64,000 bases of DNA from Octopus sinensis (lineage: Eukaryota), in assembly GCF_006345805.1 (NCBI RefSeq), contig NC_043013.1, positions 56,544,001 through 56,608,000 of the forward strand, given 5' to 3'. Below are positions 12,614 to 24,373 of this stretch, one piece after another. The first letter of the stretch is position 1, and each line of letters opens with the position of its first letter. Below the pieces are notes generated by a model. It searched no databases. It was not told where the DNA came from and saw nothing but the letters and a program-made list of their open reading frames with translations. The position numbers and the translations under genes were made by a program.

Positions 12614-14345
12614 TATTGGCAAAAACGGTAAGATAACAAAAGAAAGAAAGAGATCTCAATATTATGTAAATAGAGGAAATTTATCTATACAACAATATGT
12701 TACAATTATTCAATAGCCAAGAAAAAACTCTGAGTTTCAGATGCCGAAGTGGAAATCCACAACACCATCTCTTCGGTTATCTGGCCATCTGAAAAACGCT
12801 ATGAAAAAAGACCGTTATACAAAGGGAAATTACTGTGTTATAATTCCGCTACTTATATAAAAGCGCTAATCCAATGATCGCTAATTAAAATAAGGCTAAA
12901 AGTTCATAGTAAACACGTAAGCATGCCTACTCATACGCACGCATGTGCGCTCGGCCACCACGTGCATACATATACGTCACTATGAAAACGTACACAACTT
13001 CACTCACATTTTTCGCCAATCATTCACACACACGCGTGCCGTAAAAGTTCATACATACGTCTATATACGCACAAGCACAAGAAAAAACATGGTTAAATGT
13101 AACAATACAGAAAAAAAGCAACAGTACAAAAAAAACATAAGGAAGTATACAAAGCGTAAAACCACGTTCATATACGGACATGCCCTTATGCACGCGCACA
13201 CACCCATATATGTACATACCCGTACATGTTTATATATGCATACACACACACATACACAAATAAAAGGATTATACTAACGCCCCAAAAAAACGAAAAAATT
13301 GTAAAAATACTGAGTAAAATGCATATATATATATGTATTCTTATGCCCGCATACACGCACACATCTATATACATACATACCTGCCCACTCATACATATTC
13401 ACACATGCGTAGAGATGAATCTATATACACGTCTATATAGGCACAAGAAAAAATGCAGGATGGAAGAGTACATAAAAAATTATTATGTGTAAAAATATAA
13501 AAATATATGAAAAAATAAAAGGTACAATGAGATAAAAAACTTTTTTTGGACATAATATAGAAAACAAGTTCTATAGGTATTCTTGGGGGGACCAAAAATG
13601 TAACAAAAATTTTGCCATATGCGGGCATGATTCGAAAAGTTCTCTACTTGAGTTTAGACATGTAGCTGCTTTTCCAGATAAGCCATCTCTCCATGTCGCA
13701 TAGACCGCACTTTCCGCTGCCGTTGGTGTAGGGCTTACATTTGGCCAAAATCTTCCAATGGATGTTATAATCGACACCTTTATCTTTTAAAGACCAAATA
13801 TGATTAGATAATTTTGTCGCTTTTCTTTTGTTCCAGTGCCTAAAACTCAAGGTCTGGTTATTGAACCTGGCCTTGAAATTACCCTCTGTAAGGCCCAAGT
13901 ATTTCTTCGGCGAAACGGTGTCTTTAGTGGTTATAGAGTCAACGGTAGCTTCATAGATGATGGTCTCAGACATGCAAGCTCCATTTGGCGGGCACAGCTT
14001 TTTATTCCTGCCTGAACAGCTGTTTTCGTGTTGCAGTTTTTGTGTGTTATGTGCGATTATATTTTTTAAATTGGTAGTTGAACTAAAACTAATTTTTAAA
14101 TTGTGTTTATTGAAAAGCTTCCTATAAATATGGTTAATTGGAAAATGTCTATCTATCAGTGCTAAGAAATATTTACCTACATTGAAGGTCACCTTGGGTG
14201 AGTAAGGGGGTGTAAACCAGATGATCTTCCTATTTCTATTTTTCCTCTTCTTTACTGTTGGGCTAGTAACAGGTGTATATTTTATATTTTCGCTAAAACC
14301 ACTATCTTTTAAAGCCTTATTATATACTGGGGCAACACTATTAAA
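12610..14345 (-). mobile_element. Penelope-like element, 5'-truncated: GIY-YIG C-terminus, low-complexity 3' region, hammerhead-like motif
   Basis: ORF 13644-14420: KIIWFTPPYS...CSGRNKKLCPPNGAC...IIYEATV...KYLGLTEGNFKARF...LSNHIW...CGLCDME. Confidence 0.85.
12715..12786 (-). ncRNA. Degenerate type I hammerhead-like motif in PLE tail
   Basis: ggccagataa-CCGAAGA-GATG..CATC-T-GAAA-CTC-A-GAG-T-T-ttttcttggct; C for U at core position 4. Confidence 0.5.
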
Positions 14346-14357
14346 AATGTCCTTATA

Positions 14358-14413
<56 letters not shown>

Positions 14414-14439
14414 CATACATATATTGGGCTAGTGGAGCA

Positions 14440-14880
14440 CTAAGAGACTATATGAGAATGATTGTTGCCAGAGTAGCTAACTGGCTTCCATGCCAGTGGC
14501 ATGTAAAAAGCACCATTCAAGCAAGATCATTACCAGCATCGCCTTACTGGTGCTTGTGTTGGTGGCACGTGAACAAAACATTCGAGCGAGGTTGTTACCA
14601 GTGCCGATGGACTGGCTTCTGTGCAGGTGGCATGTAAAAAACACCATTTGAGTGTGGCTGTTGCCAGTACTGCCTCACTGGCCCTCATGCCAGTGGCACA
14701 TAAATGCACCCACTACACTCTCGGAGTGGTTGGCGTTAGGAATGGCATCCAGCTGCAGCTGTAGAAACTCTGCCAGATCAGATTGGAGCCTGATGCAGCC
14801 ATCTTGTTCGCCATTCCTCAGTCAAATCGTCCAACCCATGCTAGCATGGAAAGCGGACGTTAAACGATGATGATGATGAT
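14440..14880 (+). mobile_element. RTE LINE 3' UTR/tail with ~4 degenerate repeat units
   Basis: ggcatgtaaaaagcacc units, then cactacactctcggagtggttggcgttagg...ggacgttaaacgatgatgatg. Confidence 0.85.
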
Positions 14881-14920
14881 ATATTTATATATACATACAT
14901 ACATACATACATACATACAT

Positions 14921-14955
<35 letters not shown>

Positions 14956-15079
14956 GCATAAAGAAAATGGAGACAACACACACAGAATAATCAATTCATC
15001 TATAATCATAGTCCAGCCTATGCTGCATTTCAGTTGATTGCTCCCATCAATATTTACACTGGTGTACGCTTGGGTAATT

Positions 15080-15332
15080 ATGTGTGTGTGGACCAGCGGC
15101 ACGTAAAAAAGCACCATCTGAAGGTGGTTGATGCCAGTGACCCCTGACTGGCTCCTGTGCTGGTGGCATCTACTACACACTTGGAGTGGTTGGCACTGGG
15201 AAGCACATCCAGCTGTAGAAGCATTGCCAGATCAGACTGAAGCCTGATGTGTCCTCCTGGCTCACTAGCCCTCAGTCAAACCATCCAACCCATGCCAGAA
15301 TGGAAAGCGGACATTAAACGACGACGACGATA
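15080..15332 (+). mobile_element. RTE LINE 3' tail (degenerate)
   Basis: ggcacgtaaaaaagcacc unit and terminal ggaaagcggacattaaacgacgacg. Confidence 0.75.
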
Positions 15333-15714
15333 ATGATATATATAAATGCATACATGCACACACACACACATATAAATAATATATATAAGCACACACACAT
15401 ATGCATATAAATAATATATATATATAAACACATGCACACACACACACACATACACGCACATATTTGTTGTTTATAGAAATGTTACATCAGTCATGCCGTG
15501 AGGTAGGAATGTGTTTATTTTGTTTCTATCATGTAACAGAAAAATATTATTTCTTTTTATTCATTCCATGTAGAGACTTGATATTTTTTATGTGAAATCT
15601 TTTGAGCATGTTTGGTGAAAAATATGTGATTAGGCTAATTTTCATGTGTTGTGTAGATTATCTACATACTTGCATATATACATTCATACATTCTTTGTGT
15701 ATGCACATATATAT

Positions 15715-16826
15715 CATCATTATCATCGTTTAACATTCGCTTTCCATGCTGGCATGTGTTGGACAATTTGACTGAAGGCTGGCGAACCAGATGGCTGCAC
15801 CAGGCTCCATTCTGATCTGGCAGAATTTCTACAGCTGGATGCCCTTCCTAATGCCAACCACTCCGAGAGTGTAGTGGGTGCTTTTACGTGCCACTGGCAT
15901 GAGGTCTAGTCAGGTGGTACTGGCAACGGCTACACTCAAATGGTGTTTTTTATGTGCCAACTGCACAGGAGCCAGTCCAGCGACACTGACAACGATCACT
16001 CTCGAATATTTTTCATGTGCTACCAGCACAAGTGCCAGTAAGGCGAAGCTGGTCACAATCAAGTGTCACTGGCACAGAAGCCAGTCGGCTGCTCTGGCAA
16101 CAATCACACTTGGATGGTGCTCTTAGTGCTCCACTAGCACAGATGCCAGTCATAGAATTTGATTTTGCCTTGATTTCACTTGCCTCACCAAGTCTTTGCA
16201 AGCAGAGTTTAGTGTCCAATGAAGGAAAGGTACGCATAAGGGGGCTGGTTATACCCCTGGTGTAGGCCATGGGTTATGGTCTCACTTGGCTTGCCAGATC
16301 TTCTCAAGCATAGCATATTTCCAAATGTCTCAGTCACTAGTCATTGCCTTGGTGAGGCCTAATATTTGAAGGTCATGCTTCACCACTTCATCCCAGGTCT
16401 TCCTGGGTCTACCTCTTCCACAGGTTCCCTCAACCGCTAGGGTGTGGCACTTTTTCACACAGCTATCCTCATCCATTCTTGCCACATGACCATACCAATG
16501 CAGTTGTCTCTCTTGCATACCACATCTGATGCTTCTTATGTCCAACTTTTCTTTCAAGGTACTTGCATTCTGTTGAGTATGCACACTAACATTACACATC
16601 CAGTGGAGCATACTGGCTTCATTCCTTCCAAGCTTACACATGTCCTCAGCAGTCGTGGCCCATGTTTCACTGCCATGTAGCATGGCTGTTCGTACACATG
16701 CATCATACAGTGTTCCTTTTACTCTGAGTGAGAGGCCCTTTGTCACCAGCAGAGGTAAGAGCTCTCTGAACTTTGCCCAGGCTATTCTTATTCTAGCAGC
16801 TACACTTTCAGTGCACCCACCCCAAT
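15715..16826 (-). mobile_element. RTE LINE 3' portion (end of ORF, 3' UTR, (GAT)n)
   Basis: ORF 16330-16908: GGCTESVAARIRIAWAKFRELLPLL...MLHGSETW...LHWYGHV...GRGRPRKTW. Confidence 0.9.
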
Positions 16827-17789
16827 TCTTTATAGAACAATACACATGTTTCATCAAAATGCTATAATTATTACACAACAGATATAGAAATATTATGCAA
16901 TATTGCACTTTGCCATTTTAGTGGTATCTATTGTGGAATACTGATGAGGTGAAGTGCAAGATAGTATAATATTTTTATAACTGTTATGTAATTATTATAT
17001 CATTTTGTTGAAACGTGTATGTTCTATGAAACCATTGAATACTATGCTTGTTTTCGGTATTGCATAATTATTTCTATTATTTGGTTTGTATTACACACAC
17101 TTCCATTTCCAGAGGTTGATATCTTACATTGTCCTGCACTGGATACTGGAGTGGCGTATTTAATTATTGTTAGATAGTATTCTAGAATCTCTTCAAGTTT
17201 ATCTTATTTTTATTTATCTTGGTCAAATTCATCCAAGATGAGCTAATTACTGGTACATAGATAATAAAGGGTATAAAATAAAAGGCTATGTTTTAACCCT
17301 CTTACTAGCATATTTTTGGCAAAATATACTGTCTCTTCCTCCTCATCCTCGTCGTCATCATCATCTAATATCTATTTGCAATGCTGCCATGTATTGTGTG
17401 GTTTGACATGGAGCTGACCAGCTGGGGTGCTGTCCAGACTTCAATTGTTTCTAAGCCTAATGTCAACCACTTTACAGAGTGTGTTGGGTGCTTTTTACGA
17501 GCCACCATTAATTTTGAAAATAATTAAGAACTTGTAGACCAACTTAGTTACCATTATGCTTGTGTCTGGAGCATAAACAGCTGTGGAATTTTGATGGAAA
17601 CCATTCATTTAGATCACTTTAAATCAAGGAATTTATACCACAGAAGCAGAAGTTACAAGTGGGTTGATATCAAAAGGGTTAATGTAAGGTTAAAACCATG
17701 GGGAGTGCAAATGAGATCCCTTCACACTTGGTTCCCTAACATTTCTGATAGACCCTTGCAAATCTCACTCTTATATTTTAAGGCATAAA

Positions 17790-17799
17790 TGAGCATAAA

Positions 17800-17832
<33 letters not shown>

Positions 17833-17856
17833 TGCACCTGCACACACAGACACATG

Positions 17857-17904
<48 letters not shown>

Positions 17905-17987
17905 TATAAACATACATTCCCACTCATGTATGTTTATGTATTTTTTCTTAATTTTTAATTTCTTCAGGGAAATAGAATTTCATAGTT

Positions 17988-18031
<44 letters not shown>

Positions 18032-18380
18032 ACACTCTCTCCTCTTCCTCTCTCTCTCTCTTTCTCTTTGAGTTCTTGTCGAAGCAGTAATCTTTCTTGT
18101 CTACCATACTATATGTATTATAATTACTTTTTCCTCCTTCTACCATTAATGCACATAATTGATCATCATCATCATCATCATCATTGTCATTGTCATCACC
18201 TTTATCATCGTAAATCACCTCCTCCACCTCCTCATCATCATCATCATCACCGTCATTGTTGTTGTCATTGTCATCACTACCTACGCTGTCAGCAGTGGCA
18301 CCAGTGGTCTCTCCTCCTCCTCCTCCTCCTCCTCCCCATCATCATCATCATCATCTCCTCCATACTCCAACTGTAGTTGA
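17790..18380. repeat. Compound microsatellite/low-complexity block (CA, GA, CT, CAT, CCT)
   Basis: Direct reading; the poly-H/E/S ORFs are artefacts. Confidence 0.9.
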
Positions 18381-21300
18381 TCTATTGACGAATTAAATTA
18401 CCTTTAACTCTGAATACTTAGCCTAACTTAAAATTCTGATGAATAATAAATAATTACTTTACAATAGTCAGAACCAAGGAGGCTGAAGCGTATGTCAATG
18501 GGGAATTGGGTGGGATGGGGCGTGCAGGAAATTTCCAAATTTTTGAGAATCACTTTTGATTTTATCATCTATTTCTTTTTGAAATAAAATGTACAGTTAC
18601 CATGGTAATCTAATTTAGGCATTTTTAAATTATGCTTTTATAATTATTTATCTTCTGATAATTAAAAAAGTAAAGGAAAGAAAACAATTGTTGCCAAGAA
18701 GCTTCTAGCAATAATAGCTTTTTCTTCCTTCAAGATTAGAGAGGTTAATATTTTAAAAGAATAGTTGATATCACTCAAAGAAAATAAAGCTAGATGAACT
18801 GACAGAAGATAGAAAGAGAAATAGAAATAAAGACATATTGTTGTATCTTTGGGGGGTCATTATGCCAATGATGAGAATAACACACACACTGGTTCAATAT
18901 CACTTCTTTATTGTGGGTCAATTGGTTAAATATCTAACCAACCAACTAATTTATAGTTTGTTTAATGTGTTGTTTAAGCAATTAATCAGTTGTTTGTTTA
19001 TTAATGTCCTTTCATCACTATTTACAACCTCGTCAATGACATTCTGTCTTACTTCAAGGTCTGCCTTGACTCTCCAAATCATAGGATTTGTTTCTCCTCA
19101 CAAATTCACATCAAGATTCTTGCAATCTAAATCCCAAAACAAAAAGAAATCAAGATAAAAACAAAGAAATAATACAGGCAATAGTGTTGCACTGGATTTT
19201 AGTAGATGGTCTCTAAATAAATATAGGAATTTCCTCATAAGGAACAGCAAATTGTTCAATCATGTCAATGGTTTTTCTAGAGAGGAAAACATTCTTAGGT
19301 TTCAGTACATTTTTGACAATATGGAATTTAAGCATTTCTACTTCAAATAATTCTTTCATGTAGGAATGCTCTGATGCCTGCTACACCAACACGTGCTTTT
19401 AACAGAGTTTCTAAATCTATCTTGCCGTTGTTCATCTTTACAAGAATGCCATTGTCATTCATGGCATTCTTACGGAGGCTGGTTGATGTGGACTGCTTTG
19501 AATGGATGCTGTTGGTCAGAGTCTTTTGTCAGAACTGCCTGCGCTGATGGTTTTTTCAATTTGTTTTTCTTCATTCTCTGTTCTTCTCTCTCTCCAACTA
19601 AATCCTCTGTTGTTTAACACCTTGTTATAATGGCCAGATATAAGATCCAACCTTGTGATGACCACAGCTTGCAGTTATGCTATTGTCCATATCTGTTTTT
19701 ATTCAATAAGTAAATAGTTGTCACACAAAGAGCTCACAAGGAAAACATTAAATGTATAGATCCAGGGTTGATACTGCAACATTGGAACCACTTCAAGCCA
19801 AATGCTCAACGAAATGATCCATTGAAAAGTTTCAGCTATGTTGTCATAAATGCAAACATTATGAATTCAAATTGTCTCTGATAACTGGTCAACTCTGGTC
19901 AGAGGTGGTGGTCATTTATTTGTCAAATACAGCCACACCATATTTGTTTCATGAGTATTGATAATATGGCTGGTAACATGTGGACTGTGCACATATTAGA
20001 TGGGGGTAAGCATGAGTAGTAAAGTATGGTCTGTACAAAGACAAAGGGGTCAGTGGAGGGAAACGTTAAACAGACTTAATTTTCACTATGACGAAAATGG
20101 ACTAAAATCAAATCAAATGAATTTCTTCTCTAAAAAAGATTCTTTTTGTTACATTTAAACTTCTTCTTATTCCACTTTGATAAATAAACCTCATATTTTT
20201 TCTTCCTGGGTTTAGTTTTTTTTTATTTGGGGGTGAGGGTCACCAGTGACGCTTACTTTATTTCCTACATGGTCAGCCTTTACAAAAACATCATTTCACT
20301 TGGGTGGCATTGCTGCATGTTTATTGGTCAGTTTTAGACTTAGCAATATTTGACACTACATTGTAGGATCTAACTGGTGGATCAGTCCTGCTTAATGGGA
20401 ACTGATTTCATTAATAATTTGTGAATGGACTCAGGCCAACGGATTGCAAACTTTAGGAGGATTATCTCATTTTTTTTCTTTTTTGTTTCTGTAGGAAATA
20501 GAGCTGAGCACTTTTAACAGTAGGGTTGTCAATTATTTGAGACAATCGACTTTCCATTATATTGAAGTCTAATCTATTATACGTTCATTCAACTTCCTTC
20601 CAGCCTTTCTGGTGCTAACAAAATTGTTGTTCTCTAGAAATGGTAATATTCATCTCAGATGTTAATAAGCTAATACAAGAGAATACTATAAAAGGCTGGT
20701 GTTTTTTTTTTTGGTTTTTCTTTTTACATTTTCATTTAATTTCAAGATGATTACTTCCTTTCCTGCTTTCCAGAATATATTTCAAGCTTCAATAAATTAA
20801 GAACAAGTGTTGCTATTTATTTCCAATTAGCTCTGTTCAATGAGAATTATATTACATGAATGTATTTTTACAGAACACTTCACATTCGCCTCAAATTAAA
20901 CATTCAATGTTGCTTAATCTTTAGTTTTTCATAGAAATATACACAGAAATATTGTGCATAGATGATTTGTAATTCAGTGGGTTATGACAGAAAAACAAAT
21001 TGAAAGCAAAACAGATTACTTTCGATTTGTGTTCAACATTTGTTGTTAAGCTACCAAAATTCTTGTCAATTACAAAGCCTCTCCGTTTCTTGCTCTGCTC
21101 AGATGTGACTGCCATAATATGAACATGCAGTTCCATGATGTGACTGACTGAAATTTGTCACTTTTTTACTCTAAATGAACTATAAGACAATTCTTTGATG
21201 AATTCCAAATGAAGAATAATAAATTCCATAAAAAAAGATTGAACTGGGGAAAGTTATTGAATGCATCCTTAACTCCATAAACCTACAGCTCAGAAGTTAT

Positions 21301-21740
21301 GTGCAAGTGTCAAAATAACACAACCAAATTGTAGGTTCTCACAGTTTGACCATTTATAAATCCATTTGCTCCAGGTAATTAAAACTTATCCTCTTTTTTT
21401 TTTGCACAACTAAATAAAGGAACTCGAGCCTACCATGGTCATACTAACACTATTCATGTAATAATCATAACTATGGACTTTTGATTATGGCTTTAACAAA
21501 GGTCAAAAGTAATTGACTGATCAAATGATCTTTTAGCCTGGCGTCTGGGAGACTTGTGGTAGAATCATTTTCATAGCGAGACTAGAATATGTTTATTTAA
21601 CATATCGTAACTTTGTTTACTATTCTAGTACTCTTTGTAAGCCTTGTACATATTCTGTCGATCTTTTTGGCTGAACTGTCAAGTTATGGGGACATAACCT
21701 GTTAAGCGATGGTGGTTGTGGGAATCAAACACACTCACAC

Positions 21741-21774
<34 letters not shown>

Positions 21775-21776
<2 letters not shown>

Positions 21777-21900
21777 GATGGATTTCTTTCCGTTTCCATC
21801 TACAAATCCACTCATAAGGCTTTAGTCAGCCTGAGGCTATAGTAGAAGACTGAACTAGGAACCATATGGTTAGGAAGCAAGCTTCTTATCACCCAGCCAC
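21775..21900 (-). mobile_element. SINE family B (degenerate)
   Basis: ccgtttccatctacaaatccactcataaggc...gaaccatatggttaggaagcaagcttctta. Confidence 0.7.
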
Positions 21901-22791
21901 AACTTTTCAGTAATCATAACCTCTTTAGTGCTAGAAATACATAGACATTTGGTTGCTTACCGGTAGCAAAAATCATGGGACAAAATTTAGTGAAAAATAT
22001 TCGTGGAGAGAAGGAAAAGTTATTCCCCTTGGATTGGTGTTAGTTTTGGTTGGAGTGCATAAGCTGTGTATGAATCGCTCTCTTTGTATGAATCACTTGT
22101 AAATGGACGTGACCATGTTGCCAAAATGAATTTGCATTTGTGAGGACAGTATTCAAAAATTTTCCTTTCCAAGACCAGGAGAACATCCATATTATGTGAA
22201 TATTTTAGAATAATTCTCTTCTTCCTCAAGATTCAGCCTAGATTGTTCCAATAACCACCAGTTGATATTCAATGGTGTTGCATCTTCTTTAAATGCCACA
22301 TGTAGATGATCTTAAAATGGCATCTGCAGTTATTCAACCTGGCCCTAAGGGTGCTCACTTTTACTCTGATTTATGTAAATGTGTTGTCCTATTGGTGTTT
22401 TCCAAAGCTACTCCTTCTTCATTGACTACGGCTTCTCAGTTGCATTGACCTCCCACTAGGTCCTCCCTGTAAACCCTACTTGAGCATTCCAGATCAGTCT
22501 GTCATGTAAAGGCATAAACTAATATATATTTATGCTCGATGCACAGCTGTAAAAGACCCTGAAGTGATTCTCAACATCTCTGGCCCAGAATAAAATGTTT
22601 AACCACAAATCTAAGGAAAATACCACCCACACTCATTTTTCCATTAAAAGGAGGGAAAGACAGGGTGTCAAACAATATGAATTAGGGACAGAGCTTTCTG
22701 CTGTGGATATCATATATGACTGATGGACAAATAACTAATAATAACATAGACATCCATATATGTACATATGCACATATACACACACACATGC

Positions 22792-22863
<72 letters not shown>

Positions 22864-22864
22864 A

Positions 22865-23846
22865 TAAATATTAGGGAATAAATCCAAATTTACAGGGAAA
22901 AAATCAGATTTAGGATTAAATCGATTTTATATTAAAATAATAAAATATTATTCGAGACAAAACCACTATTTTGCAAAACAAACAAGGAAAGACTTAATTA
23001 ATACATAAAATTTTAATAAATAGTCAAAAAACCGCCACTACAATCGTTTCTTGTCTGATCGACAATCTTCAGGTGGACTCCAATCTAAAAAATCATATTT
23101 TAAAATATAAAATAATAATTTTAAATAATTAAAGTATGAATGAAAAATATAAGTATATAATCCATAATAACCTATCTATAATCCATATATAAACAATATA
23201 TAAACAATATATAAACTAAAAAAACCTATCAACAATTAAATATAAAATATAAAATATAAAATATAAAATATAAAATATAAAATGTAAACAAAACAAAAAA
23301 AAAAAAAAAAAAAAATAATAATATATAATAAACTATATAACACCCATACGCATATACCTAATTATATATAACCATATCTAACTACATACACTAAATCACA
23401 CACCTATATATATATCTCTATACATACACATAAAAATGTCTAGGCAACTATAAATAAATAAAATAGCTAAATACTTCAACACAATACTTATTCATACTCC
23501 CACACACACACACATATACAACCCACATTCACGCTCTAGAAAACGGACATCACTCAAAACTATGAACGGAGAAATGGAATAAATGGAATTAAAAATTATA
23601 TTCGGTAAAACGAACACTACTTAAAAATTATGAATGAAACAATGCAATAAAACAACAGACATCGCAAATGACACAAATTACTACAAATTCCTTATCAAAC
23701 CTACCATGATAACCAAAGATTGTCGATCAAGACAAGAAACGATTGTAGTGGCGGTTTTTTTGACTATTTATTAAAATTTTATGTATTAATTAAGTCTTTC
23801 CTTGTTTGTTTTGCAAATATATGGTTTGTCTCGAATAATATTTTAT
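22865..23846 (-). mobile_element. Non-coding Penelope-like terminal region with hammerhead, capped by an inverted partial copy (23716-23846 vs ~22940-23069)
   Basis: ~130-bp inverted duplication readable by eye; hammerhead at 23034-23076; inserted between (TA)n tracts. Confidence 0.7.
23034..23076 (-). ncRNA. Minimal type I hammerhead ribozyme motif, core intact
   Basis: CCAC-CUGAAGA-UUGUC(gauca)GACAA-GAAA-C(gauu)G-U-A-GUGG: 4-bp stem I, 5-bp stem II, short stem III, GUA cleavage triplet. Confidence 0.8.
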
Positions 23847-23892
23847 ATATATATATAATATCTATTATTATATATATATATATATATATATA

Positions 23893-24020
23893 TTTATTAT
23901 ATAGAAGGAGCTTCTACAGGACTAGAACTGTTTCATTCAAGAGAAATCTTCAGGAGCTTCCTGAAGATTTCTCTGAATGAAACAGTTCTAGTCCTGTAGA
24001 AGCTCCTTCTATATAATAAA
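23893..24020. repeat. 128-bp near-perfect palindrome (~62-bp arms, 3-nt loop, one 1-nt indel)
   Basis: tttattatatagaaggagcttctacagg...caggaGCTtcctg...cctgtagaagctccttctatataataaa. Confidence 0.95.
23953..24006 (+). ncRNA. Type I hammerhead ribozyme motif (mirror motif on the minus strand, ~23906-23962)
   Basis: GGAGCUUC-CUGAAGA-UUUCUCUGAAU-GAAA-CAG(uucuaguc)CUG-U-A-GAAGCUCC: perfect 8-bp stem I, 4-bp stem III, weak stem II closed by U.U. Confidence 0.75.
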
Positions 24021-24112
24021 TTAATTTTACTCTGCTACGTATTGAGTACCTTATTTACTGTGGTTAACCCCGAATCAACCCGGGACCTACATATATATAT
24101 ATATATATATAT

Positions 24113-24280
24113 ATAAAATCAAAAAAGGCAACTGGGTTTCATGTAGTAATGCAGTACAACTGTTTCAAGCAGCTCCATGTATTTAAAAATTGATGTAATG
24201 ACTGCATTGTTCAATTAAATGGAGACGCTTGAAACAATCGTACTGCATTACTATTTGAAATCCTCTTACTTATTTTGTTT
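24113..24280. mobile_element. MITE-like foldback element (family shared with 40344-40471)
   Basis: tagtaatgcagtacaactgtttcaagcagctccat / atggagacgcttgaaacaatcgtactgcattacta inverted arms; starts in (TA)n. Confidence 0.6.
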
Positions 24281-24373
24281 TCATTCTCCCTACTTCAAGC
24301 TTTGTGGATAATAACGGACTGACTTGATACTTCAACTTAAGTATCTAATTCAACTGTATATATATGTATATGT

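Noticed and set aside
17789-18380. His/Glu/Leu-rich ORFs, and similar ORFs at 6993, 25434, 26498, 35499, 54501-55077
   Set aside because: Translations of microsatellites and low-complexity DNA
19200-22340. Stop-riddled protein-like stretches (possible ancient transposase or LINE)
   Set aside because: No diagnostic motif recognised
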